Source of the DNA: Lachnospiraceae bacterium
GTDB taxonomy: Bacteria; Bacillota; Clostridia; Lachnospirales; Lachnospiraceae
Length of the DNA stretch: 64,000 bases
Direction: 5' to 3'
Assembly (NCBI GenBank): GCA_015057825.1
Contig: SVDN01000002.1
Coordinates: 16,044-80,043, forward strand
This document shows, one piece after another, positions 10,630 to 19,413 of the stretch (position 1 is its first letter; each line of letters opens with the position of its first letter). Position numbers and translations under genes: made by a program. The notes under the pieces are model-generated. The model worked only from the letters and a program-made list of their open reading frames with translations, was not told the DNA's origin and searched no databases.

Positions 10630-11919
10630 ATGTTAGACATCAAGCTTTTAAGAAACAATTTTGAGGAGGTTGAGAAAGCCCTTTCCACAAGAAACGAGGA
10701 CTTTGATCTTTCAAAATTTAAAGATTTAGATGAGAAAAGAAGAAACTTGCTTGGAGAAGTCGAAAAACTTAAAAGTGAGCAGAATGCAGCATCAAAGCAG
10801 ATTCCTGTAATGAAAAAAGAAGGAAAAGACACAAGCGCTTTGATGGAAGAAATGAAAGTTTTAGCCGGAAAAATCAAGGAACTTGACGCAAAAGTTTCGG
10901 AAGCGGATGAAGAATTAAATGCTTATATGCTTACAATTCCAAACATTCCTCATCCATCTGTTCCTGAAGGAAAAACAGACGAAGACAATGTTGAAATCCG
11001 TAAATGGTCAGAGCCTACAAAATTTGACTTTGAACCAAAGGCGCATTGGGATTTGGGTGCGGAACTCGGCATATTGGATCCTGAAACAGCAGCAAAAATA
11101 AGCGGTTCAAGATTTACCGTATACAGAGGTTTGGGCGCAAGACTCGAGCGTGCAATCGGAAACTTTTTCCTTGATTTGCACACATCAAAACATGGATATA
11201 CAGAAGTTTTCCCACCTTTCATGGTTACAAGAGAAAGTATGACGGGTACGGGTCAGCTTCCTAAATTCGAAGAAGATGCATACAAAGTTTACGGCGACGG
11301 AAAAGAATATTTCCTTGTTCCGACAGCGGAAGTTCCTGTTACAAATATGTACAGAGATCAGATTTTGGATGGATCGAAGCTTCCTATAAAACATTGCGCA
11401 TACACAGCATGTTTCCGTGCGGAAGCAGGTTCGGCAGGACGTGATACCAGAGGCCTTATTCGTCAGCATCAGTTCAACAAGGTTGAGCTTGTTAAGTTTA
11501 CAAAACCTGAAGATTCTTATGAAGAACTTGAAAAGCTTACAAAAGATGCGGAAGAAGTGCTTCAATATTTGGGCCTTCCGTACAGAGTTGTAAAAATCTG
11601 CATCGGCGATCTTGGATTTACGGCTGCAATGAAATACGATATCGAAGTTTGGATGCCAAGCTACGGCAGATATGTTGAGATATCAAGCTGCAGTAACTTT
11701 GAAAGTTTCCAGGCACGTCGTGCTAATATTAAATACAAAGATAATGCAAGTGATAAAGCACAGTTTGTTCATACACTTAACGGAAGCGGTGTTGCTATCG
11801 GCAGAACCACAGCCGCTATTATGGAAAATTATCAGCAGGCTGACGGAAGCATTCTTATTCCGGAAGTTCTTCATAAGTATATGAATGGTGTTACAAAGAT
11901 TGAAAAACAGGAGATCTAA
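10630..11919 (+). CDS. serS: Seryl-tRNA synthetase
   Basis: N-terminal coiled coil [14 protein letters not shown]. Class II motifs [21 protein letters not shown] and [18 protein letters not shown]. Confidence 0.95.
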   Translation: MLDIKLLRNNFEEVEKALSTRNEDFDLSKFKDLDEKRRNLLGEVEKLKSEQNAASKQIPVMKKEGKDTSALMEEMKVLAGKIKELDAKVSEADEELNAYMLTIPNIPHPSVPEGKTDEDNVEIRKWSEPTKFDFEPKAHWDLGAELGILDPETAAKISGSRFTVYRGLGARLERAIGNFFLDLHTSKHGYTEVFPPFMVTRESMTGTGQLPKFEEDAYKVYGDGKEYFLVPTAEVPVTNMYRDQILDGSKLPIKHCAYTACFRAEAGSAGRDTRGLIRQHQFNKVELVKFTKPEDSYEELEKLTKDAEEVLQYLGLPYRVVKICIGDLGFTAAMKYDIEVWMPSYGRYVEISSCSNFESFQARRANIKYKDNASDKAQFVHTLNGSGVAIGRTTAAIMENYQQADGSILIPEVLHKYMNGVTKIEKQEI

Positions 11920-12818
11920 TGCATAACTATTTAAGAGCCATTGGTTTTAGTGAATATTTAACTAAATCAAGAGTTGATACTTTGCTGAATATGGTTATTG
12001 AAAGCCCATATGTTACCCAAAGAATCAACAGCGTTGGTGAGGAATCACTTATCGAAATCAGAAGAGAGTTCGGTGAGGGTTTTGGCCTTATGGTACACGG
12101 AGTGGCAAAAAAAGACCAGAAAATCGAGGTTGAATACTACTTCCCATACATAACGGGCAAAAGTTCTCAGGAAAATAAAGAGATTTTGATTGAAAAACAT
12201 ATATCAAAAACCTCTTTTGCCGGAGCATGTGATGATTATCGTGTAGGCGTTTCTTTGGTTTTTTATTTGCAAAATGCCATGGAGTATATAGACTCTTTGG
12301 TACATGAAAGGTTTAAAAAAGGCCCTTATGATGTTAAGTTTTCGGCACTGTCCACTTCGGGAACCATTCTTTTCCCGATTCAAAAGACTCAGGTGCAGAT
12401 AAACAATGCAAAGAAAGACCTTCGTAATCGTCAAAATCTTATGGCCGCCGCAAAAGAAGGAGATACGGAAGCTATAGAAACTCTTACTTTGGACGAGCTT
12501 GATACGGTATCAAAAATATCAAGGCGAATATTAAAAGAGGACGTATTTACCATTGTGGAATCCACATTTATGCCTTATGGAGTGGAATGTGATTTATACA
12601 GTGTTATAGGAGAAATCGTAAACATTTCCAAGCAAAAGAACGATTTAACCGATGAAGAAGTCTATATTCTGACATTGGACTGCAATTCTTTAATTTTCGA
12701 TGTTGGAATAAATGCCAAAGATTTGCTTGGAGAACCGAGAATCGGCAGACGATTTAAGGGTCCGATTTGGCTTCAGGGATACGTTGATTTCGAGAAACGA
12801 AGGAATAAAAACAAGTAG
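11919..12818 (+). CDS. Conserved hypothetical protein
   Basis: 299-aa ORF, start overlaps the serS stop (TAATG). No motif recognised. Confidence 0.5.
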   Translation: MHNYLRAIGFSEYLTKSRVDTLLNMVIESPYVTQRINSVGEESLIEIRREFGEGFGLMVHGVAKKDQKIEVEYYFPYITGKSSQENKEILIEKHISKTSFAGACDDYRVGVSLVFYLQNAMEYIDSLVHERFKKGPYDVKFSALSTSGTILFPIQKTQVQINNAKKDLRNRQNLMAAAKEGDTEAIETLTLDELDTVSKISRRILKEDVFTIVESTFMPYGVECDLYSVIGEIVNISKQKNDLTDEEVYILTLDCNSLIFDVGINAKDLLGEPRIGRRFKGPIWLQGYVDFEKRRNKNK

Positions 12819-12821
12819 GAA

Positions 12822-12855
12822 AAAGCACAGTTATATGATATAATAGCTGTGCTTT
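12822..12855 (+). terminator. Intrinsic terminator-like hairpin
   Basis: 9-bp stem AAAGCACAG...CTGTGCTTT followed by a T-rich tail. Confidence 0.55.
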
Positions 12856-12858
12856 ATT

Positions 12859-12930
12859 GTTCCCTTAGTTTAACGGATAAAACAAATGCCTCCTAAGCAT
12901 TAGCTGTGGGTTCGATTCCCGCAGGGAACG
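12859..12930 (+). tRNA. tRNA-Arg (anticodon CCT)
   Basis: Hand-folded cloverleaf. Acceptor GTTCCCT/AGGGAAC, anticodon arm AATGC-CTCCTAA-GCATT, T arm GTGGG-TTCGATT-CCCGC. 72 nt, no encoded CCA. Confidence 0.85.
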
Positions 12931-12953
12931 TATATATCGCATTTATGCGAAAA

Positions 12954-12982
12954 AGAAAGAGCTCCGACGGAGTTCTTTCTTT
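12954..12982 (+). terminator. Terminator-like hairpin after tRNA-Arg
   Basis: AGAAAGAGCTCCG...CGGAGTTCTTTCT (one G-T pair) then TT. Confidence 0.55.
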
Positions 12983-13001
12983 GATTAATTAATATTTAGG
13001 C

Positions 13002-13053
13002 ATAAAAAATGCGCCTCCAGGGGCTCGAACCCTGCACACCCTGATTAAGAGTC
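13002..13053. repeat. attL: att direct repeat (left): duplicated 3' 44 nt of tRNA-Lys plus 8 nt
   Basis: ataaaaaatgcgcctccaggggctcgaaccctgcacaccctgattaagagtc is identical to 57412..57463. The tRNA 5' half is absent here. Confidence 0.85.
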
Positions 13054-13101
13054 GTTTTGATAGGCTCTATAAACCCCATAAATAAAACGTTTTTTGAAAA
13101 A

Positions 13102-13122
13102 TTGACGAGTATCTGACGAAAT
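13102..13122. repeat. TTGACGA-type repeats (candidate integrase/Xis arm-type sites), left end
   Basis: ttgacgagtatctgacgaaat. Near-identical 21-mer at 57259..57279. Confidence 0.5.
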
Positions 13123-13144
13123 AATTATATAATAATAGTGACTA

Positions 13145-14254
13145 TTACAGCTGATTTACACTTTGTTTTTCAGCATTGAAAATTTGATTTAATTTACTTT
13201 GTGTCTGCTCACGTTCTTCGTCTAAATGGCTATATACTTCTAAAACCATTTTTGTATCTGCGTGTCCCAAGAGCTTGGCTGTTTCCTTAATACTTACACC
13301 GCCGTAGTAAAGTAAGCAACAATAGTTGTGACGTAATATATGAGGTGTGATATCAGTTAAAATAAGATGTTCATTTCCGCCCATTGCAGCATTAACCTTT
13401 TTTATAATATTAGTCTGAAGAACTCTAAAAGCACTTTTTGTTATAATACTGCCGTCAGCGCAGGTAAATAGATACAATCCCTTATTCTTTTTTAAATATA
13501 GCTTTAAGACTTCTTGTAAAGCTTCCGGCATTGGAACACTTCTATTACCGGCTTTACTTTTTGGATCTTTTAAAATTGCATCATTTCCAACATAAGTTAT
13601 TGCTTTGTTAACAGTTAAAAGTCCGGTTTTAAAATTAATATCCTTACGTGTAAGAGCTAACGCTTCTCCTCTTCTTAATCCGCAGTAATAAAGTATCAAA
13701 ATAAAGGCTTTTTCTCTTTCTGTAAAATCTGCAGACAGTATAGCAGCTGTTTCTTCTTTGGTTAATGCGCGCTTTTTTGATTCTTTTTTCTTTGGCTTAT
13801 CGATACCTTTACAAACGTTTCGTGATAAGATTTCTTCTTCGCAGCCAAATTCTAAAATTTGCTTTATCGTTAAAACAATGATTTCGCAGGTTCGTTGTTT
13901 CGCATAGTTTTCATTAACCAGGTTTTGAATATCTGACTTTTGAACATCTTTTAATTTTAGCATTCCCAGGCTTGGAAGTAGATAATTGTTAACGGCAGAT
14001 TGGTACATATCATATGTTTTTGGTGACTTATTAGCCTTAAACAACTTCAGCCATCGATTTGCATAGTCTCCAAATAAAACATCTGAGCTTCTGAGATAAG
14101 ATGTTTTATTTAAAAGAACCTCGGCTTTTTTTCGTTCAAGCTCATTTTTGGATTTAGCATAAAGATGCTTATATATTTTTTTGCCTTTTTTATCATAGCC
14201 GATAAAAACAGCTGTTTCATACCTTCCGTCTTTTCGTTTAGAATAATGCGGCAT
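13145..14254 (-). CDS. int: Tyrosine-type site-specific integrase
   Basis: C-terminal catalytic region HILRHNYCCLLYYGG...LLGHADTKMVLEVYSH (HxxR, H, Y). LRRGEALAL arginine box. Adjacent to the att repeat. Confidence 0.9.
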   Translation of the reverse strand: MPHYSKRKDGRYETAVFIGYDKKGKKIYKHLYAKSKNELERKKAEVLLNKTSYLRSSDVLFGDYANRWLKLFKANKSPKTYDMYQSAVNNYLLPSLGMLKLKDVQKSDIQNLVNENYAKQRTCEIIVLTIKQILEFGCEEEILSRNVCKGIDKPKKKESKKRALTKEETAAILSADFTEREKAFILILYYCGLRRGEALALTRKDINFKTGLLTVNKAITYVGNDAILKDPKSKAGNRSVPMPEALQEVLKLYLKKNKGLYLFTCADGSIITKSAFRVLQTNIIKKVNAAMGGNEHLILTDITPHILRHNYCCLLYYGGVSIKETAKLLGHADTKMVLEVYSHLDEEREQTQSKLNQIFNAEKQSVNQL

Positions 14255-14265
14255 TTTTAATTCCT

Positions 14266-15708
14266 CTACAGTGTTTTATGTTTTTTTTTAAGAGTTTTTA
14301 CAGTTGATAGTTTTTCTATATGCTTGTCTGCCTTAAAATAATCATATAAGATGTCATCTTGATTTGTAACAATGACCGGATTATTGGCACTATCACGTTG
14401 TAAAGAAGTTTCACCGGGATGAATAATGTATTTAGATTTTATTTCAGCATCCGGATATATTTCATTAATAGCTTTCTCGACTTTCCCGTTTAAAATAGAC
14501 CAATTTTTGTTATATGTGCTTACATTAGGATCCAGCTTACATTCAAACAGATATATTTGTTTTTTCAAAGAATCATCATTCTGAACAATTGCAATATCAA
14601 TCTCAAAGTTTTCGGCAAGGCTGGATTCAATAAAATAAATGTTGTCTATTGGAAGCTTTGAATAATACATATCAACCATACAATTTGCTTCGTAGAGCAG
14701 TCCTTTAAGGGACGAATCCTCGAAATCTGCAAAAATAGTTTTTAAAAATTGATATGTAATTGCCGGATTAACAATGTAAGTTTTATAATCTTGCTCCAGG
14801 GAATAATCGGCTAACTTATTTTCTCTTTGAAAGAAGTTCGGTACTTTGATTATAACACCGGCTTGATTTAAAATGTTTGCAACCAAATCCACTTCTGAGG
14901 GATTAACAAATGTATAATCAGGATCTATATTTAGACGATCAAGAGCAGCTATTGATTCCTGCGATAAATTGTAAAATTTTATCTTTGTGTCAACAATACT
15001 GCGAATTGCTCGGTAGAAAACAGTGTAAATTAAAGTGCCAATTTTATTTTCATCAACCAAAGAAGATGAACTTTTTACATAGGCACGCAAATTATTTACA
15101 ATTGAGTTGTCAATATAGCTTTTCATGCTGTCAGCATTGTTTACAACATAATCTTCAAAAATACCACCTTCAGTGAGGAATTTCTCACAGTTGTTTTTGT
15201 TTGGTTCTTTGTTAAAGATCCTGCAATATTCCGAAAATGACATATGATTGGTTTGAATGGTTGTTGTACGGTGGATGAGCTCGCCGCCTTTTAACGCTTC
15301 AATACATAAAGATTCTGTGCCGGTAATAATAACTTTTTTACCTTGTTTTGTAAGTGTATCTAAATATGCGTCAAGGATGTTTCGACCTTCGTTATCTATC
15401 CAACTGTATTCATCAATACAAATTATATGCTCTTTTACTCGATTCAAAAGATTTATTATTTCTTCCGGGTTAACCGCAAGGTTTGATTTTTCAATAATAA
15501 TATATACAGCATCTCTATCTTTTATTGATTGAAGGATACCTACACTTTTCCCGGTTCCTCTAAGGCCACTAATTAAAAGAACTTTTTGAAGAGGTGATTC
15601 AATGTATTTTTCTACATCAAAAACAAAATCGCGCTTTATCCATTGGTTGGATATGCCCTGAGATATCAAATATTCATTGTAATTATCTTTGTTAACAATC
15701 GTATACAT
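14266..15708 (-). CDS. AAA_14/DUF4143-type ATPase (COG1373-like) with C-terminal nuclease-like fold
   Basis: Walker A GLRGTGKS. Walker B IICIDEYSWI. MSFSEY motif typical of the family. C-terminal EIDIAIV...LFECK resembles a PD-(D/E)xK element. Confidence 0.7.
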   Translation of the reverse strand: MYTIVNKDNYNEYLISQGISNQWIKRDFVFDVEKYIESPLQKVLLISGLRGTGKSVGILQSIKDRDAVYIIIEKSNLAVNPEEIINLLNRVKEHIICIDEYSWIDNEGRNILDAYLDTLTKQGKKVIITGTESLCIEALKGGELIHRTTTIQTNHMSFSEYCRIFNKEPNKNNCEKFLTEGGIFEDYVVNNADSMKSYIDNSIVNNLRAYVKSSSSLVDENKIGTLIYTVFYRAIRSIVDTKIKFYNLSQESIAALDRLNIDPDYTFVNPSEVDLVANILNQAGVIIKVPNFFQRENKLADYSLEQDYKTYIVNPAITYQFLKTIFADFEDSSLKGLLYEANCMVDMYYSKLPIDNIYFIESSLAENFEIDIAIVQNDDSLKKQIYLFECKLDPNVSTYNKNWSILNGKVEKAINEIYPDAEIKSKYIIHPGETSLQRDSANNPVIVTNQDDILYDYFKADKHIEKLSTVKTLKKKHKTL

Positions 15709-15725
15709 TATAATCCCCCACTTCT

Positions 15726-16421
15726 TTAAAGAGATTTATTCTTCTTTAGGTTATTCGCTTTTGTTGTTCCTTCAAGGCAATTTTCAAAACACCAACTTGT
15801 AAGAAGATCTAAATCGTCGTCTTCGTAGTATTTTACAAGTAGTTCTTTAAAGATTCCGTCCTTTTCTACAGCTACATTAAATAAACCTTTGCCGTTTTCT
15901 ATTAGAATTTTATTAATAGCAAATGAACCAATTCGTTTATTTCCGTCTTTAAAAGGTTGTGTTTTCATAAGCCAAAGTCCGGTTTTAATAGCACGCTCTG
16001 TAATGCAAGGAATATTTGCCTTGTTTAACAGTTCAGAATGTATTAAATCTGCATTTGGCAAAGTTGGGCGCCATGAAGTACCGCTTATAATTACATCTTC
16101 TGTCCTTAGTTTTCCAAGATAAGAGTAAGGAACATCAAATCTGGCTACTATTTCATGTAATTCTTCTAAAAAGACTAAATCAAGTGGCTTGTTAAGATTA
16201 TTTAAAAGGTATTCCCAGCCGTCCTTAAGGCAACACACTTTATTAATTTCTGTTGGAGTCAAAGAAGCAACATTTATATTGTTAATAATATCTGTAGTTT
16301 GTGCAAATGTAACGGCAATTCCTTCAAGGTTAGCGGCCTTATAAACCGCATCAACAAGAGTTCTTTTTGCACAAAAAATGTTTTCTTCTTGTGTCATATC
16401 ATATATGTCGTTAAAAACCAT
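15726..16421 (-). CDS. Fic/Doc-fold protein with degenerate active-site motif
   Basis: QPFKDGNKRIGSFAIN aligns to Doc HxFxDxNKR / Fic HPFxxGNGR, but the catalytic His is Gln. Confidence 0.65.
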   Translation of the reverse strand: MVFNDIYDMTQEENIFCAKRTLVDAVYKAANLEGIAVTFAQTTDIINNINVASLTPTEINKVCCLKDGWEYLLNNLNKPLDLVFLEELHEIVARFDVPYSYLGKLRTEDVIISGTSWRPTLPNADLIHSELLNKANIPCITERAIKTGLWLMKTQPFKDGNKRIGSFAINKILIENGKGLFNVAVEKDGIFKELLVKYYEDDDLDLLTSWCFENCLEGTTKANNLKKNKSL

Positions 16422-16521
16422 TTAAATCACCTTTATTCTAAAGCTTTTTTATCTATTCCTTTATCTCCCATATTTATTATGTAGGCATTGCCTAAAAATA
16501 AAGTGTAAGGAAGTGAAAAAT

Positions 16522-16620
16522 ATGAATTATAAGGAATTGATAATTGAGTTAATCAATTCAGTAGAGCTTTCTGAAGAAGTTCTTAAAATGATATATCGTT
16601 TTATAGTTAAGTTGATATAG
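16522..16620 (+). CDS. Possible 32-aa small ORF (MNYKELIIELINSVELSEEVLKMIYRFIVKLI)
   Basis: Good RBS AAGGAAGTGA 6 nt upstream. Convergent with the XRE gene. No homology recognised. Confidence 0.2.
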   Translation: MNYKELIIELINSVELSEEVLKMIYRFIVKLI

Positions 16621-16651
16621 CATTTATATTATTAGAAAATGCAGCAGTAGT

Positions 16652-17080
16652 TTATTCTTCTGTTGCATTTTCTTTTTCTAATCGTTTTTTTCTTTCAGCA
16701 AGGGCTTTTTGAATTGATGGCAGTGCTGCAACCTTTGTAGAGAATTCAAACATGACAGCCCACTCTTCCATTGTTGTACACGCAAGCAATTCAATTATTT
16801 CTTGTTTGTATTTGAACTCCTGGTCTTTTAAGAGCTCAGTCATGAAGTCTGTAATTATTTCGCTTCTGTCACGCGTGATAAACATTTCGCCCTCGCCGGT
16901 TCGAAGCCAATCTTCATTTACATTAAATTTGGTGCAAATGAGAGAAATTGCTGTGTTGATAGGAACGCGTCTTCCTTTTTCGTAGTTAGCAATTGTAGCT
17001 CTTTGAGCCCCAATTGCGTTTGCAAATTCTTCTTGTGTTAACTTAAGTGTTTTTCTTAATATTTTAATTCGTTCATTCAT
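16652..17080 (-). CDS. XRE-family HTH repressor (ImmR/CI-like)
   Basis: HTH LKLTQEEFANAIGAQRATIANYEKGRRVP at the N-terminus. Location in the int-proximal regulatory module. Confidence 0.8.
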   Translation of the reverse strand: MNERIKILRKTLKLTQEEFANAIGAQRATIANYEKGRRVPINTAISLICTKFNVNEDWLRTGEGEMFITRDRSEIITDFMTELLKDQEFKYKQEIIELLACTTMEEWAVMFEFSTKVAALPSIQKALAERKKRLEKENATEE

Positions 17081-17097
17081 TACTAAAAATTCACATT

Positions 17098-17386
17098 CTA
17101 TCTTTTTCTATGATTGGTTTTGGTAATAGTAGTTTGGATGTTTTTCTTGTTGTCATATTTATGTACAGACTTATAACTATCTATTTTTTTATATTTTTCA
17201 GGATTAAGATTTTTTTGTAAATCTCGCATTTCTTCAAGATAACGTTGTTTATCTTTTATTACGAACCTATTCAGATAACGCATTATATAAACAACAGCTT
17301 TTGGTGTAATTGTTGTCTCCAATCATACTTGAAATAATTACATTAGTATCAATTACAGCAAATGCCTGAACAATTAAATCACTCAT
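17098..17386 (-). pseudogene. PIN-domain toxin gene, apparently frameshifted
   Basis: MSDLIVQAFAVIDTNVIISSMIG (PIN N-terminal D-T-N motif) starts at 17386 and stops after 39 codons. The remainder continues in another frame as tracked ORF 17098..17322. Confidence 0.35.
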
Positions 17387-17573
17387 TGTTAATCCTCATT
17401 TCTGCACGTACTTCTTCAATTGTTTGGTCTATCTCTTTTATAGATAACAATCGCTCGTGTGTTTTTAAAAAATCTTTTCTGGCTGCGTCATCTAATGCAC
17501 GTATATCACATTTTTGATTTGTTTGGTGTATTCTTCTAACTTCTTCAAATAGCTCCCTAATGTTTTCTTCCAT
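17379..17573 (-). CDS. Small antitoxin-like protein upstream of the PIN remnant
   Basis: 64 aa. Stop overlaps the PIN start (ATGAGTGA). First gene after the leftward promoter. Confidence 0.4.
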   Translation of the reverse strand: MEENIRELFEEVRRIHQTNQKCDIRALDDAARKDFLKTHERLLSIKEIDQTIEEVRAEMRINNE

Positions 17574-17633
17574 GGTACCAACTCCTTAGGCTTGGTGTTA
17601 TATACGCGTAGTTTTAATATAGCTTTTACTTTG

Positions 17634-17662
17634 ATTTTAAACATTGAAACAGAGGATGTCAA
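17634..17662 (-). promoter_or_regulatory. Leftward sigma-A-type promoter (TTGACA-17-TAAAAT)
   Basis: On the minus strand, TTGACA at 17662-17657, 17-bp spacer, TAAAAT at 17639-17634. Confidence 0.55.
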
Positions 17663-17668
17663 TAAAAA

Positions 17669-17731
17669 GTTTCTTTGAAACATAAACGCTTGACAAAAGG
17701 TTTCGACGAATATTATAATTGTTTCAAAGAA
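17669..17731. promoter_or_regulatory. Operator-like GTTTC-N3-GAA(AC) repeats in the divergent promoter region
   Basis: gtttctttgaaac (17669-17681, palindrome), gtttcgacgaa (17700-17710), gtttcaaagaa (17721-17731). Confidence 0.45.
17690..17719 (+). promoter_or_regulatory. Rightward sigma-A-type promoter (TTGACA-18-TATAAT)
   Basis: TTGACA 17690-17695, TATAAT 17714-17719. Confidence 0.6.
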
Positions 17732-17748
17732 TACAAGGAGTGTTGTTT

Positions 17749-17940
17749 ATGAATCATATAGTACATGGAATTGATCTAAGCGAAGAAAGCGTATTAAGAA
17801 CAATTGCAGAAGTTCTACCGGAAACAACGCTGGTAGAAAGAGCGCTAATTAAAGGTTTGGGAGACGGAATGCGAATTGCTAAAAGAACACCACTGCCGAA
17901 AGAAAGTCCTCAAACCAAAGAAGAATCAACGGAAAACTAG
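17749..17940 (+). CDS. Hypothetical small protein (63 aa)
   Basis: ATG 17749 preceded by AGGAG at 9 nt. First gene of the rightward operon. Confidence 0.4.
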   Translation: MNHIVHGIDLSEESVLRTIAEVLPETTLVERALIKGLGDGMRIAKRTPLPKESPQTKEESTEN

Positions 17941-18041
17941 CGCGCTACGCGCGCGATGTTATTCTACGAATAACATAACGTTGTAATTCTTGACAGAATT
18001 ACAACTATATAAAAAAAGTATTAGGAAAGGAGAGCGAAGCG

Positions 18042-18230
18042 ATGCAGCAAGAAGTATATAGCCTCGCCGAAATGGCTAAATTAGGCTACTCAAAACCACT
18101 ATTATTAGAGCTTATTAAAGAAGATAAAGACAGAGAGTTTTCGTGGAGAGCATCACCTGCAAAAACGTCAAAATGGCTTATTCACCGCGAAAAATTTGAA
18201 AGTTACCTAAAACGAGTATCTAATCATTAA
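18042..18230 (+). CDS. Excisionase/MerR-like small HTH protein (Xis candidate 1)
   Basis: 62 aa. YSLAEMAKLGYSKPLLLELIK...KWLIHREKFESYL fits the excisionase-family HTH pattern. Confidence 0.5.
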   Translation: MQQEVYSLAEMAKLGYSKPLLLELIKEDKDREFSWRASPAKTSKWLIHREKFESYLKRVSNH

Positions 18231-18252
18231 TAATTTAGAGAGGGGGATATTA

Positions 18253-18447
18253 ATGACATATCCAAAGCCTGTAATGTCTGTCAGCGAAATGGCTAAACTT
18301 GGGTTTTCAAAGGATTTTTTGTATCAGGCGATTAACTCACGTTGGGGATCCACATTCTCAAGAAAAACCAGCTCAGCTAAGAATGCAAAAATCTATATAG
18401 ATACCGAAAAATTTAACAAATTGTATGAAAGAGGCGTCTTTGAATAA
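18253..18447 (+). CDS. Excisionase/MerR-like small HTH protein (Xis candidate 2, paralog)
   Basis: 64 aa. MSVSEMAKLGFSKDFLYQAI...IYIDTEKFNKLY parallels the preceding ORF. Confidence 0.5.
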   Translation: MTYPKPVMSVSEMAKLGFSKDFLYQAINSRWGSTFSRKTSSAKNAKIYIDTEKFNKLYERGVFE

Positions 18448-18480
18448 GGCGCAAAATCTTAGAGAAAGAAGGTAAATAAC

Positions 18481-19410
18481 ATGGAAAACAAAACACCTAG
18501 AATCATTGTGGGAGTCGATCACGGATTTAAAAACATCAAAACCGCGCATACACTTTTCCCTGCGGCAATCTCAGAAATAAAAACAAAACCGGAAAATCTT
18601 GAAGACATTTTGGAATACGATGGTAAGTTATATTCGCTTAACGGAGAACAAGTTTATTTTGTTGATACGCAAGACAAGACACAAACAGAGGATTATTATC
18701 TTTTAACGCTTGCGGCAATTGCAAAAGAAATGAAAGCAAGAAACCTTACCAAAGCAAATATACTTCTTGCAGTTGGTTTGCCTTTTAAATGGTTTGATAA
18801 ACAGAAAGATAACTTTAAAAACTATCTTATGAAAAATTCGGAAGTTGTTTTTAAGTTCGAGGGAAAACGATATGTAATTAGCCTTGAAGCATGCAAAGTT
18901 TTCGTACAAGGTCATTCTGCTATCGCGCCGAATATTAGCAAATACGCAGAGGGTCATTGTGTATTGGTAGATATTGGCGGCGGAACAATGGTTGTTCTCC
19001 CGATGTTTAAAGGAAAACCGCTTATTGAAGAATGCATGATTGATACCAAAGCATCTCTCCATCTTTATACAATGATTAAGCAACGCATAGAATCTGAATT
19101 TTACAACGAAATCAGCGATTACGACATTACAGAAGCTATCAATAGCGGTAAGCAATCAACAAATGACGAATACTTAAACATTATCCAGGAAGAGCTTGAA
19201 AAGTACTCAGAATACGTTTTCCGTCGCCTTAAAGAATTTCGTATTAACCTCGAAAGAACACCGGTTGTTTTTATGGGTGGCGGTTCAATGATTATTAAGA
19301 ATTTCGGTAGTTATAATGCCAACAAGACAAGCTTTGTTCTTGATCTTAATGCGAATGCAAAAGGATATGAATATATTATGCAGCAGATGCTGAAAAGAAA
19401 GAGGGGATAA
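18481..19410 (+). CDS. parM: ParM/StbA-type actin-like segregation ATPase
   Basis: Actin-fold phosphate motifs IVGVDHGFKNIK, VLVDIGGGTM, VVFMGGGS. 309 aa. Confidence 0.75.
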   Translation: MENKTPRIIVGVDHGFKNIKTAHTLFPAAISEIKTKPENLEDILEYDGKLYSLNGEQVYFVDTQDKTQTEDYYLLTLAAIAKEMKARNLTKANILLAVGLPFKWFDKQKDNFKNYLMKNSEVVFKFEGKRYVISLEACKVFVQGHSAIAPNISKYAEGHCVLVDIGGGTMVVLPMFKGKPLIEECMIDTKASLHLYTMIKQRIESEFYNEISDYDITEAINSGKQSTNDEYLNIIQEELEKYSEYVFRRLKEFRINLERTPVVFMGGGSMIIKNFGSYNANKTSFVLDLNANAKGYEYIMQQMLKRKRG

Positions 19411-19413
19411 TCT

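Noticed and set aside
13011-13053. A second tRNA-Lys gene on the minus strand
   Set aside because: Only the 3' 44 nt are present (anticodon-stem 3' strand, variable region, T arm, acceptor 3' strand). The 5' half is replaced by unrelated sequence. It is the att duplication, not a gene.
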